This document shows, in pieces, positions 26,258 to 38,939 of a stretch of DNA of 64,000 nucleotides. Origin of the DNA: Eledone cirrhosa. Its lineage: Eukaryota. The stretch spans positions 340,938,001 to 341,002,000 of the forward strand of contig OZ024740.1 in NCBI GenBank assembly GCA_964016885.1, in the 5' to 3' direction. The notes beneath the pieces are model-generated. The model saw nothing but the letters and a program-made list of their open reading frames with translations, was not told where the DNA came from and ran no database searches. The translations under genes and the position numbers were made by a program. Every line of letters starts with the position of its first letter. Position 1 is the first letter of the stretch.

Positions 26258-26646
26258 TATGTATAAATTGTTCGTATCTCCAAAGAAATACGGTTTTAGG
26301 AAGCCGTAGCTATGCAAACACCGGGAGGGGGGGCTAGCGCCCTCTGGTGATGTCCAGCAGAAGCAAGGGGGACAACCGTCCATGCATTTCAGGCTTTACT
26401 GGCCTTCGTCAGGACGGTCCCTCCCACAGCTTGCGACTGCTGGACTAGTAGACAGCCGAGAATATATACTTTTCTCATCTGTGTAAATGTCCCCCTTGCT
26501 TCTGCTGGACATCACCAGAGGGCGTTAGCCCCCCCCCCCCCCCCCCCGGTGTTTGCATAGCTACAGCGTCCTAAAACCGTATTTCTTTGGAGATACGAAA
26601 TATTTATACATATTGTATAAAGCTATGCTTGAAGCGAAATCCTATT

Positions 26647-26652
<6 letters not shown>
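26258..26652. mobile_element. Family E element: ~115-bp inverted arms, hammerhead in spacer, one-sided tail
   Basis: 26258-26374 is the reverse complement of 26488-26612; tail 26613-26652 then (AT)n. Confidence 0.85.
26375..26418 (-). ncRNA. Minimal type I hammerhead (cleavage triplet AUG, possibly inactivated)
   Basis: ACCGTC-CTGACGA-AGGC cagtaaa GCCT-GAAA TGC ATG-GACGGT; palindromic stem III ATGCAT. Confidence 0.75.
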
Positions 26653-26703
<51 letters not shown>

Positions 26704-27144
26704 GCATGTAGATGACTAGTTATGGTATTGTAACTGGTAGATCTCAAAGTATCCTGAGGTAAGCACTCAACATTCTGAAGCATCACAGAACAACACTGAA
26801 AATGCTGAAGTTCACTAAAGATACGTCGTTATGGTGTTTTAAACAACATTTTTACATGCATCACCTTCAGGAAACCTGATATGAGATGTTTGCCAGATAG
26901 ATTGTGACATGTGATTTAACTCTTCCTTGAGCATTTTGGGTCTGGAGAGAGTGGTTGAATGTACATGTGTATGGATTATGTTTGCTTTGTGGATGGCTTT
27001 GGTTTGTTTTGGATGTATTTGCTTTCAGGTTAAAGCAATTGACAGTCTTAGTTACACACAGACACACATATATATATGTGTCAGCTTATACTGATAGAAT
27101 AACTATGTAGCTTGTGTCTCTTCCTATCTACGGTTAGCTTTCCT

Positions 27145-27345
27145 CTTTGTTGTTACTTGTCTCACTCGCTTTACGCGTTTTAATTGTCCTAATAACTTAA
27201 TTTAGTTATTATTGCACCAACGTGAGGTATATGATTTTTAATGCAATGAAATGTCTATGATCGTTGGCAAATCACTGATGAGGGACTCATTTTATAACAT
27301 GTTATCCATGTGCAACCTGCAGTATTCTTCTCCCCATTTTTTCAC
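27145..27345 (+). repeat. Dispersed (AT)n-embedded repeat (also 40384-40582 minus; 3' end at 2140-2183)
   Basis: Direct sequence match ending atccatgtgcaacctgcagtattcttctccccattttttca. Confidence 0.85.
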
Positions 27346-27359
27346 ATATATATATATAT

Positions 27360-28741
27360 AGGAAAATCTTTAACCCCGACGGCAGAGCTCAAGCCATTTC
27401 AACGGCTATTTCTGGACTAAATTAGAATTTTTAGCTAAATAGACAAACTTTTCAAAGGGTAATTCCTTATATGGGAAGATTGTAGTTGTCAAAAGGATTG
27501 GTCAACATTTCTTGTAAACACAATTAAGTCTTTCATGGGGGTAGGTGGGAGGTGGGGGTGGCAGAACTTGCCTGTAGAACAATGAGGGAGTGGGTGGAGC
27601 CGGTCAAGCGTTGAAAGTGAATTCTATACAGCAAATTCTAAGGAGTGTGTATGAAATTAGGTAGAAAGCAGGCGAAAAAGAATTCTGGGGAATTTGAGAG
27701 TGGGACATTATAAAATTAAATGGTTAATAAATTGAGATTAAAAGATAATAAAAAAAAAATTAAATAGTAAAAATAATAAAAAATCTCTAGAGTCTAAAGC
27801 AGCTGCTATATTTTTAGCTGGTATTGCGTTTTCGGCCAATGCTATATAGAATTTACTGGGGTGGGGGTACTGAAGTTACAAGATGAACTTGTAACTGCAT
27901 GTAAACACCGATTGCGTAGGACTTACCTCGCCCTCAAACCCCCTCATGACCCGGGTGGGTAGAAAATGGCTGCAACATCCTTCTTTTCCTACTTGCCGAA
28001 CAAGATAGGTGAAACCTCAGCATACATAGGTAGATGCACTTCTTTTCTTTTTCCCTTTATCTCTTCTTTTCACTTCCTTCCACTCCCTCTCCTCTTTCTT
28101 CTCCTTTTTCCTCTTTCGCCTACCCTGAGGCAGCCCATCGGGCTTTTATAGCCTCAGTACTCCCATCCCAGTAAATTCTATATAGCATTGGCCGAAAACG
28201 CAATACCAGCTAAAAATATAGCAGCTGCTTTTAGACTCTAGAGATTTTTAATTATTTTTTACTATTTAATTTTTTTATTTATTATCTTTTAATCTCAATT
28301 TATTAACCATTTAATTTTATAATGTCCCACTCTCAAATTCCCCAGAATTCTTTTTCGCCTGCTTTCTACCTAGCCTAATTTCATACACACTCCTTAGAAT
28401 TTGCTGTATAGAATTCACTTTCAACGCTTGACCGGCTCCACCCACTCCCTCATTGTTCTACAGGCAAGTTCTGCCACTCCACCTACCCCCATGAAAGACT
28501 TAATTGTGTTTACAAGAAATTTTGACTAATCCTTTTGACAACTACAATCTTCCCATATAAGGAATTACACCTTGAAAAGTTTGGTTATTTATTACCACAC
28601 TAAAAATTCTAATTTAATCCAGAAATAGCCATCGAAACGGCCTGAGCTCTGCCGTCAGGGTTAAACATTTTCCTATTACCCAAAGTATTGAGTACTCTGG
28701 TGCGTTATAGTCCATCTGGTTCCTTACCACGCCTCCTTCGT
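27360..28741 (+). mobile_element. 5'-truncated Penelope-like element (family C) with upstream inverted pseudo-LTR copy
   Basis: 27360-27880 is an inverted copy of 28146-28675; 27882-27962 encodes DELVTACKHRLRRTYLALKPPHDPGG*, resembling the LNKR.EL...CRH end of GIY-YIG PLE ORFs; hammerhead in each arm; flanked by (AT)n. Confidence 0.75.
28565..28664 (+). ncRNA. Type I hammerhead with U3-A8 core (mirror at 27370-27462, minus)
   Basis: TTGAAAA(28572)-gttTGGTTATTT...AAATAGCCAtc-GAAACGGC ctgagctct GCCGTC-AGGGTTAA; stem I 5' strand is TTACCCT in the mirror copy. Confidence 0.7.
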
Positions 28742-28753
28742 TATATATATATA

Positions 28754-30821
28754 CTAGCACCTGAGCCCGGTTGCACTCGGAGCCAGTTTTTATTAAGTTA
28801 ATAAGTTGAGGGGCGACGTGAAGAGAGTGGTTTGGCAGAGAGACGTTGGGTAGAGTAGGGTTCAAAGATGTTATTGCAGGGCTTCTTTGTAGACAATGTT
28901 CCTGGTGTTGCCCGGGTTACCACAAATGAAGAGATTGTGTGGACTGCCGACGCGAGCATCCGACGTATAGTTGACCATGGGAAATACCTGCTGTGTTAGA
29001 TTTAGGCCATCTACTTGCAGCGATTGTCCTTGTGCTTTGTTAATGCTCATTGCAAAGCAGAGTTTTATGGGAAACTGCCGTCACGTAAATTCATAGGGGA
29101 CGTCAGAGGGATTAAGGCTCATAGGGGTAATTAACCTGGTCACGCGAGCAGCGGATCCGCTCAAAGTGGTTGTGTCCAGAATTTGGATCCTTATATTTTT
29201 AATGATTAAACGCGTTCCGTTGCATAGTTCTGGTGCATCCAGGTTTCTCAGCAGCATAACTGGCACAACAACCTTCAGTTTCAGATCATGAGGAGGAAGT
29301 CCTGGATGTAGTTGACTGTTGAGGAATTCAATTGGTTAGATGACGGCGTCGTCCGCATCTTTATTGGTGTCAATCGATTGAAGGAGACTTCATTTCCGGG
29401 AATCTGATCGAGTAGTTTTTGGTTCATCACGTCAACAGTGGAATTGTGTGGTGCCAAAATAGCTCTCCCTTTCAGCCAGGTGTGATCATGGAATCGTGAT
29501 TCAAGGTCTGGAAATACAGATGACATTAATTCGTCAATGTTTGACACAAAGTTCCCAAAAGGCAACGGATATGCTCTTCATCCACTCCTGGTGTAGTTCC
29601 ATTACCAACTTCCAGTAGATGTTTTGAGAAATCGATGGAGTCTGCATCACCATGCACAGCACTCTCATGTTGGTAGTCAGATGTAGTTTGTGGACATACT
29701 GCCATACGTAGGACGACTTGATGCATGCGTTCACTTCGTCAGCTCTAGTGCCTCTAGTGATAACAGGAAGAGTCTGTCGAAAATCGCCAGCCAGCAGTAC
29801 TGTCGTTCCACCTATGACGCCTGAGTTCCGACGCAAGTCCTTGAAAGTTCGATCCAGAGCCTCAAAGGCTGCATTGTGACTCATGGTAGCCTCGTCCCAT
29901 ATGATGAGGCAGCACTCAGAAAGAAGATGTGCTTTAGGGTCGCTACGATCTATTTTACATGTAGGATTCTCCTTCTTTGCAATGTCTAAAGGCAATTTGA
30001 ATGTGGAGTGTGCCGTACGACCGCCATGTAACAGTGTCGCCGCAGTACTACTGGAGGCATACTATAGAAGCAGTGTAAAAGTATTTAAGGTTAAATACTG
30101 AACCACTGAGAGCATGTAGTCGTTTCAATAAAAATTGCATTAAAAAAGGGAGGCATTGAATGTAAAATGCTAAGCTAAAAGCGAAAAATTAATGTCATTG
30201 TTTACGTATAATGAATTGAAAATGCTTCACTAAGAGATGGATATAAAAGTATTTTAGGTTAAATAGCATAGGGAGGTGTGTAGGATACACACATACATAC
30301 ACACACACACGACGCTCAGCTTTATATAAGTTTCATGTGTATCTGTGTGTGTGTGTGCTATGCGAGCGACGACAGATCAAAGATATATAACACGTTACTG
30401 AAAGTTAACTAAAGTTTGATGGTCCCTCTCTGTCTCTCTGTCTCTCTCTCTGAATATCTAACAATTTAATTGTATCTCTCTCTGTCTAACGGCCTATCTC
30501 TCTCTGCAGTGTTGTCATATAGGCAGTGAAGAGCGACAGAGAGAGTAAAGCAGTTAAATTATAGAGAGGGGGAATGATCTATTATAGAGAGGGGGAAGAG
30601 CGACGGAGAGAGTAAAGCTAAGAAACTATAGAGAGGTAAAATCGATAGAAAAAGACCGTTCTTTTTGCACTAGAGACCACATTTTTCAATTTAGAGAACC
30701 CCAAGTAGACCTGTCGCTTCCTTGGCACCTTTTACATTAATGTGTAAATGTTCATGACAATCAGAGCATTGGTACTTTTGCCTGTATCAGACAATTTTCG
30801 CCCATTTCACATTTATGTAAT
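28754..30821 (-). mobile_element. Helitron derivative with decayed PIF1 helicase (about 28880-30060)
   Basis: 3' CTAG at 28754 with hairpin ccgagtgcaaccgg; motifs GRTAHS, IIWDEATM, LLAGDFRQTLPV, MLLRNLD..LCNGTRL, FAMSINKAQGQSL; frameshifts. Confidence 0.9.
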
Positions 30822-30822
30822 A

Positions 30823-32191
30823 CTAGCAGAGGTACCCGGCGTTGCTCGGATATTAAATAGCAGTTGTGTATACCATTTATGTCAATACTTCAGTGCTGCT
30901 TCGAAAACTATACTTTTACAAAATCATCCGCTTTTTCCAAAAGGGGGTTCCTGCCCCCAACCCAATATGTGCCAATTCTGAGAGTTCACATTCATCTGTA
31001 GGACAAACGTAGCCCATGTGTCAAGTTTTGTGAAAATCGGTTGCGAACTCCAGAAGTTATGACGTTTTGTTGCATTGCACGGCAGTGCTTCAGTCGACTC
31101 CAAGGAAGTGGTTAAAGTGGTTATCTGCCGGGGGGCCCTATAATCAATATCTGGAAAAATGACAGTGCCCATGACCATCCGGAGTACATAAGTAACCTGT
31201 GTCTTAAGTTTGGTGAAAATACTGTAGAAATGCATAAGGTTTATACATACGCGCGTGCGTTCGTGTGTGTGTGTGTGTGTGCGTGTGCGTGCGCGCGCAT
31301 GTATGTGTATGTCCGTCGGGGCATACGTATGTACTGGCCTAAATCTTCACTATTTACTTTTACTATTTTAATAACCTCCGTCATTTTCGTTTTCAATTTT
31401 ATTTACATCATTCTTAAACTCCGGGGCTGGAAATCATTCTGTTATTTTAAATCGAATATTAGTCTAACGACTCCATTTATACCATAAACTTGGTCTTGTC
31501 TTTGCATGAAATTGTTCTTCACGGTCCACATAACGATGTGTTCATTGCCAGGGAACGTCTTCACGAACCAAAATATCGTCTTCCTGTTTTCGTTCGGTTG
31601 CAACGTTTCTCGAATTGATTTCATAAAACGGTACTGTATGATAGTTTACACTTTGATTGCCTTGGTCAGCAAGAGGGGCCTCTATATATTAGATATTTAT
31701 TAGAAGAGGGGGAAATAACTAACCCCAGTATTAGAACAGGGGGTTCGCAATGTAAGGGTTTTATTTCTTTTGTTAGAAAACAGTTACCTTTTTCGTTTTG
31801 GCATTTCGTAAAATTCTACTGCAGAATCGATTTCATAAAGCAGTACATTATAGAATTATTTAAATTTAATATAGAGCAATTATATTTTAAAAATGAAAAT
31901 GAAACGTACTGTAGTAGCCAAAAGTTTATTAACAGCGAAATAACGTTGTCTTTGATATGTTTTTTTTAGACAAAAGTATTAGAACAGGGGGAAATAACTC
32001 ACCGAACGCGATAGTTTTGGGCCCCAGGGACCACATTTTTCAAGTTAGAGATTTGAAACCTCGTCTATTTGCTTCCTTGGCACTTTTTACATAGGTGTGT
32101 AAATTTTCATGTCCGTCCGACCACGTCTACTACCATTTAACCGTGCACATCTGAATTTCAACCACCGCCCATTTCACAAATATATATTAGA
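30823..32191 (-). mobile_element. Non-autonomous Helitron
   Basis: 3' end ccgagcaacgccgggtacctctgCTAG; 5' TCtaatatatatttgtgaaatgggcg, matching the 5' region of the adjacent Helitron (30660-30820 vs 32020-32180). Confidence 0.75.
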
Positions 32192-32213
32192 TATATATAT
32201 ATATATATATATA

Positions 32214-32315
32214 TAGGGTGTCCCCAAAAAATGTATACAAACTTCAACAGCATTCTCATAAATATTGCCTGTACAGGTAATCAAAGTGTGTATACATTTT
32301 TTGGGGGACACCCTG
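32214..32315. mobile_element. ~100-bp Tc1/mariner-type MITE
   Basis: TIRs agggtgtccccaaaaaatgtatac / gtatacattttttgggggacaccctg, inserted at TA. Confidence 0.75.
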
Positions 32316-32319
32316 TGTA

Positions 32320-32978
32320 TCATCATCATCGTTTAACGTCCATCTTCCACGTTTGCATGGGTTTGGACGGGAATTTTCCCACTTGAGGCAAGATTGGTTG
32401 TCTTGCTCGTATAGGACTGTCTGGCGTGTTTTCTACGGCTGGATGCCCTTCCTAACACCAACCACGTTTACAGTGTGGACTGGGAGGTTTTTACCGTGTT
32501 ACCAACACGGCCACATTACAGCATGGACTGTTTTTTTTTCGTGACAACTACACGACCTCATTTATTTCGGACTGGATGTTGTGGTACCAACATAACTTTA
32601 CATCGAAAGGGGTGGTGTGGATGGGGTGGGGGTAGTGGGACAGGGGTGTATTTTTGTTAGCGGTGCCTACTGACTGTAGGTTTCGCTTTGTACTTAGGCA
32701 AGGCGGGTCTTCTGTATTACTGTGTAGTGCCAAAGATCTTGGTCCAGTGACATTGTCTTGGAGAGGTGTAAGTGTGTGAGGTCGGAATTTATCAAGTCGT
32801 CCCAGGTTTTTCTGGGTCTGCCTACTCCGTGGCTACTGTCTATTTTTATCGCCCTGCACTTTGTTATACAGCTGTCGTCTTTCATGCGCATCACGTGACC
32901 ATACCAATGTAGTCTTCTCTCGAGTAAACAACATCTGATTCCTCTTATTCCTAATTTCTCCCTTAGTTCATTTATGCG
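32320..32978 (-). mobile_element. RTE family A 3' fragment
   Basis: ORF 32694-32894 matches RTE-A C-terminus; same 3' UTR and (CAT)n tail. Confidence 0.9.
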
Positions 32979-34507
32979 TTCATTTATGTATATATATACA
33001 TATGCATCAGGTGTAAATGGATGAAAGAGTATAAATTATTTGTTTCTATATGGTTAGCCAGAAAACATGTCATTATTTTTGGTTTCATGTTACCACTGAA
33101 AAATCAAGTTACACTTTTCAGTCCATAAATTTTTACTCTAGAATATTGACTTTTTTTTTCTAATTAGCTATCAACATCCTCCCCCCCCCCCTCACCATCA
33201 TCATCACAATCACCACCACCATCATCATCACAATCACCACCACCACTTCCACCACTACCGTCATCATCATCAGGTATTTTCTGCTCAGCATGTGGTATCT
33301 GCTCAAATGTGGTATCATGGCTCATTCAAATGTTATCCATGGTTAACTACAAGTGAGTACATAGTGGGGTTCCAATCCATTCCATGGTGACTGATAGGTC
33401 ATGGTGGGATTTTAATTTAGAAACAAAGAGCTAGAACAAATATCACAAGGCATCTCATCTGCCAATCTACCAGTCTTAGACAGATACTTTATTTATCAGC
33501 CTTGAGATTAGAAATATAATTGAGGTAAGCTACAGTCTTTCAGTTCATACCTGTATGGAAAGATGGACATACAACTTATGGAAATAATGATAATGATGAT
33601 TCCTCCCCAAAATTTGAGGCCTTGGGTCTCTGCTAGAAATCATTATCAATGAGTTCCAATGACACCTGTATCAAACTGTATTGGCTTTTGGCATTCTATT
33701 GGATAACATCAGAGGTGGCCAGTCCACCAGGGCTGCAGGGCGGCTAGTGCATGAGGGGAGCAGGAGAGATGCAGTGATAGTGGGAGTTTGGTTCTTTTGT
33801 ATTCGGACCAGGTGTATATGTATATATTTCACTGAATAACTTACAATTTTTGTTGTTTTCTGTTTATATACAATGTTATTATCGTATTGTACTAATAAAT
33901 GGGTATTAGGTATATATTATGAGCTGACATTAGTGGTGTGAAGAGAGAAGACTGGCTTGCATGGGTGAATACTGGTCTTCTATTAAAACATTTTGCTCAG
34001 GCTTGTGCTTTGGAGAGGAATGTTCCAGGTGAAAAATCCATGGTCAGTCATGATCAAAGAGAGCCTTAAATATGAACCCATATACAATATGTTTACATAT
34101 AATAAATATACATCTCATTTTTATTTCTTGGTTTGGTTTAGAAAGAACTCTACTTCCATTGCTTTGTCAACTGTTAGTTAAATAGTTAAGGAATTGTGGG
34201 TGAAAATGTGTCAGGATTTAGAGATGGAATGTACCATGGATATAGTTAGAGTCAGAAAGACTTTATAACAGATTGAGATGCATGTCAACATGGTAAATAA
34301 ATATTTAAACAATGAAGATAGTGGAGATGTTGTTGTTGGTTGTGGTTGTGGTGGTGGGAATGATGATAATGAAGATGATGATGGTGATGATGACGATGTT
34401 GATAACGACAATAACGATGGTATTGATGATGAGGGTTATGATATTGATGACGAGAGTGGTGGTATTGATGATGATAGTGATGATGATGACAATGACGATG
34501 AAGTCAA

Positions 34508-34700
34508 TAATTGTTTCTACTTTTGGCACAAGGCCAGCAATTACCCAGTGTATTACTGGTACTTTATTTTATCGACCCCGTAAGGATGAAAGGCAAAGTT
34601 AACCTCGTCGGGATTTGAACTCAGAATGGCAAGGGCCGTAACTCAATGCGTCAAAGCATGGCGTCCGACCCTCTACTGATACTGCCAATCCATCGCCCTT
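34508..34700 (-). mobile_element. Second tRNA-related SINE family (other copies ~3605-3780, ~4072-4220, tandem pair ~35965-36352, ~41895-42045, all plus)
   Basis: B-box gagttcaaatccc followed by gttaactttgcctttcatccttacggggtcgataaaataaagtaccag in all copies. Confidence 0.75.
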
Positions 34701-35523
34701 GCCAAACCAATAATAATAATAACAATAATAATTAAAGTGATCTTAAATGAATTAGTAATCTTAAATTGATGAGGAAGAGGAGGATTGTGTTTTGAGGATT
34801 ATGATGATCAGGATTAAGATGATTACGATGTTGATGATGATGATGATAGTGACTCTGATATGGATGCTGGTGGAGTGGAGATGATGATGATGGTTACACA
34901 TATACGTGTATGTATGCATATATACATATATATTTGCAAAAATTGCTGCAGATAAACATCCATAAAGATAGACACATAGTCTGAAGTCTGCCAAAATCTA
35001 AAGATATTGAAAGAGTGTTGCTATATTGAAATAATTGCTGTTTAGTCAACATTCAATTCTACCATTTTGTTAATTAAGAGTCTTCGTAACTATTTAAGTT
35101 GATCATGTTGCAAAAACGAAAAAGGAAAAAAAAAACCTAATAAAATCATCTTTTCATTCTACTAAACTGAAGTATTTCTAAGTTCAGGCTAAGTTAATAA
35201 CCATTAAACTTCTTCATTTCCTTTGCTCATTGAAGGGATGTGACCTAGCAGTTACGGTGTTGGACTTTCGATCATAAGATCATGAGTTTGATACCTGACC
35301 TGGCAGGCTGGGCATCATTTTGTGTCCTTAAGCAAGACACTTCATTTTGCATTGCACCATTCTACTCAGATTAAAAAATGAATACTGGCAGCAACTAGGG
35401 TTGGGGTAGGAATAACCTTGTGACAGATTGGCATCCCATCAAGGGTGAGGGACGTTTTATATCTTGAGTTACTTAACACCTCATAAAACTGCGATAAGCT
35501 TTTGCTTGATAAGATTCTAAGGC

Positions 35524-35702
35524 CAGTCATGAGCAAACTGCGGCCTGTAAGCCACATGCACCCCATTAGGCTTTCTGAATGGCAGGCCTAATTTTATTAG
35601 GCTTTCTGAATGGCAGGCCTTGAATTTTTTAATAGTGTGGTCCACCTTATGATGAACCACATCCTATGTGGCTCACTGCTGGAAAGAAATTGCCCATGCC
35701 TG
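35524..35702. mobile_element. hAT/Charlie-like MITE
   Basis: Termini CAGTCATGAGCAAA / ATTGCCCATGCCTG followed by ctctagac (NTCTAGAN-type target). Confidence 0.5.
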
Positions 35703-36986
35703 CTCTAGACTCAAGAAATACTTCAACATTCTTTGCTCAGTTTCTATATTCTTGTAAAAGACAAAATTTGGCAAAATTTCCCTTTAAGGTTTGCTGTGTC
35801 TATCTGCACTATACTTTTAAACATAAACAGGGACATACACTAATCTTTTGGTGTCTCTTCAACATTATAGAATGCTGAGTTTATCTTTATATTTGTAATA
35901 TTTACTCTTTTTGTGTATAACTATAGCATTCATTCCCTTTGAAGATATCTGCAACATTAATGTTTGCTGGCAGTATCAGTAGAGGGTCGGACACTATGCT
36001 TAGCAGCATAGAGTTACAGCCCTATACAGTCTGAGTTCAAATCCCGCTTAGGTTAGCTTTGTCTTTCATCCTTGCGGGGTCAATAAAATAAAGCACCAGT
36101 AATGCACTTGGATAATTGCTGGCCTTGTGCCAAAAGTAGAAATAATTATTTTATTAATGATAGGGCAGTGGATTGATAGTATTGGTAGAGCATCAGACAT
36201 CATGCTTAGCAGCATAGAGTTACGACCCTTTACGGTCTGAGCTCAAATCCCACCGAGGTTAACTTTGCCTTTCATCCTTACGGGGTCAATAAAATAAAGC
36301 ACCAGTAATACACTGGTGTAATTGCTGGCCTTGTGCCAAAAGAAGAAACAATTTTCTTAATGTTGAAATTGAAGCCTCATATAATATTGTGATCGATCAT
36401 AGCTTATCACAGCTACATTGATTTGTCAACCAGTTCAGAATGTAAATAAAACCATTTTAACTTATCAAGCATTATAAATTCACACCTACTGGTTGAAATA
36501 TTGCACAAATGGTGGCTGTAGCTTGTCACAGCTACATTGATTTTTTTTTCAGCCAATAAAGAATGTGAATATAAGTCAGAAATGAACTGAAAGGAGTGAA
36601 TGTCGCTAAGATAAAGAAAAGCACTGCATTGTAAGTTTGCTGATAAGTTATATACACACACACACACACACACTTATCATCATAATGTTATATGGTGTTT
36701 GTCATGTTTTTAGTAGACTTTTTTTGACTGGATGCCCTTCCTATCACCAACAACTCTACAGTAGTACCAGAGAGATTGTCTGACCGGACTTAAGAGTCTT
36801 CTCTACCCTCTATCAGTTATTATTCAGAGTGACTGCTCTCCTAGATTGGTTGCCTTCACTGTATATATATGTGTGCGTGTGTATATCTAATGGTATACAG
36901 TATGTTTATGAATAAACATTTGAAAACTTTTAACTATGAATTTTGAAAGCTGATGACCCGAATTCCAGCAGAAGCAAGGGAGGGTA

Positions 36987-37029
36987 ACTGTCGACGATTG
37001 TTTCTGACTCTAGTCATTATCAAGACAGT
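36987..37029 (-). ncRNA. Minimal type I hammerhead with U3-A8 core
   Basis: ACTGTC-TTGATAA-TGACT ag AGTCA-GAAAC AATC GTC-GACAGT; downstream ccttgcttctgctgga is shared with family E (26353-26370). Confidence 0.75.
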
Positions 37030-37040
37030 GCTCCTCTTGC

Positions 37041-37085
<45 letters not shown>

Positions 37086-37090
<5 letters not shown>

Positions 37091-37480
37091 AAGCATGATC
37101 TAAAATCAAAAGGTCTTAAAGTTAACTTGTCAAAGACTAAAGTCCTACTATATAGAAAGGAAAACAGGGCCCAGATTCCCTCAGGGAAATGGCCTTGCTC
37201 AGTGTGCAGAAAAAGAGTAGGTAGAAATTCCATCCTATGTCCCAAATGCAAACTATGGGTATAAAAGGGATGTAGTGGGATCTTAAGCAGGCTTGCAAAG
37301 AACGTAGGTTTTACATGTGACCAAATCACAGGATACATGCTCCTTCAAATGCCCGGAGAGCTCTGTAGAAGTAGTAGATAATTTGTGTAACCTGGGTGAC
37401 CAAATTAGCAGTGGAGGAATGTGTTCTGAAAGCACAGTAGCCAAAGTGAGAACAGGCTGGAAAAAGTTTAGGGAGTTACA
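37086..37480 (+). mobile_element. Internal RTE fragment (PHD-like finger region)
   Basis: WKHDLKSKGLKVNLSKTKVL...GKWPCSVCRKRVGRNSILCPKCKLWV. Confidence 0.85.
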
Positions 37481-38939
37481 AACAACCTAGATTGGCAAAA
37501 TAAATCTCTAGTGTTGGTGATTTACATGATACATGGATATAGTACACACTGTAAAATGGTTGGTAATAGGAAAGACATCCAGTCATAGAAAACTGGCCAG
37601 AGCTGGATATGACAACTTCCCTAGTATTGGTGATTTACAGGATAATCACACCCAGTATATTCTGTAAAGTAGTTGGTGATAGAAAGGGCATCCAACCATA
37701 GAAACTTGTCAAAGAACTCCTCTTCAGCTGTGCCATTGGCATGACAATCTCCCTAGTGCTGGTTATTGACACAATAAATGCACCAAGTACAATCTATAAA
37801 GAGCTTGAGAATAGGAAGGGCATCCAACTGTAGAAAACCTGCCAAATAATAGGCCGGGAAGACTCTTCAGCTGTGACAAAGACATGACAACTTCCCTAGT
37901 AGAGTGTGGGATTATGTCAGGCCAATAGCCCAGCTAGAGGTCTGAAGTTCCACTTGAGTATTGATTAGTCTGTGACATGTCCAACCATTGCTAGCAGGAA
38001 GAAAGGACGTTAAAAGATGATGATGATGATGATGATGATAGTGGTGGTTGTGGTGGTGGTGGTAGGAGTAGTAGTAATAGTGATGATGATTATAATGATG
38101 GTGATAGTAGTAGTAGTAGTAGTGGTGATGGTGATGATGGCGATGAAGATGATGATCATGGTGGTGGGGATGATGATGATGATAAACATTTTAAAATAAA
38201 CAATGTTGTATCTTAGAAGCAGAACCAGTTCCAGGTGGTTTGGTATCAAAAGGGTTGATATGCTCCTGTGTGTTAAATAAAATGTTTAAAAAGTACAGCA
38301 ACACATCTTTAGTGTGAAGACTGCAGAGATAAATATGAAGTCAATCCTATTTGTTAGTTGGTAAACTATCTAACATTGTACAACAGAAATAAAAGTTAAT
38401 TAAGATAACATAGAATGAGGAAGAGATATAGAGAAGAGGAAGATATTTAGTCAGTGATATGTGTGTATATGTATATATATGTGTGTGTGTGCGTGTGTAT
38501 GTTAATTAAGTTAATTAAGATAACATAGAATGAGGAAGAGATATAGAGAAGAGGAAGGTATTTAGTCAGTGATATGTGTGTATATGTATATATATGTGTG
38601 TGTGTGCGTGTGTATGTGCATGTATATAACTGTAAAGTTATGCTGGTACCACAAAACATCCAGCCCACACAGTAAAGTGGTCATGTAGGTGTCACCACAA
38701 AAAGCACCCAGTCCACACTGTAAAGTGGCCACGTAGAAGGCATGCCAAAAAGCACCCAACACACTCTGTAAATGTGGTTGGCATTAGGAAGGGCATCCAT
38801 CCATAGAAAACCAGCCAGAAACAGTCCTATACAAACGAGACACGGTCACCGAACCATACTTGCCTCAAATGGGACAAATCCATCTAACCCATGCTTGCAT
38901 GGAAGATAGATGTTAAATGATAATGATAATGATATATAT

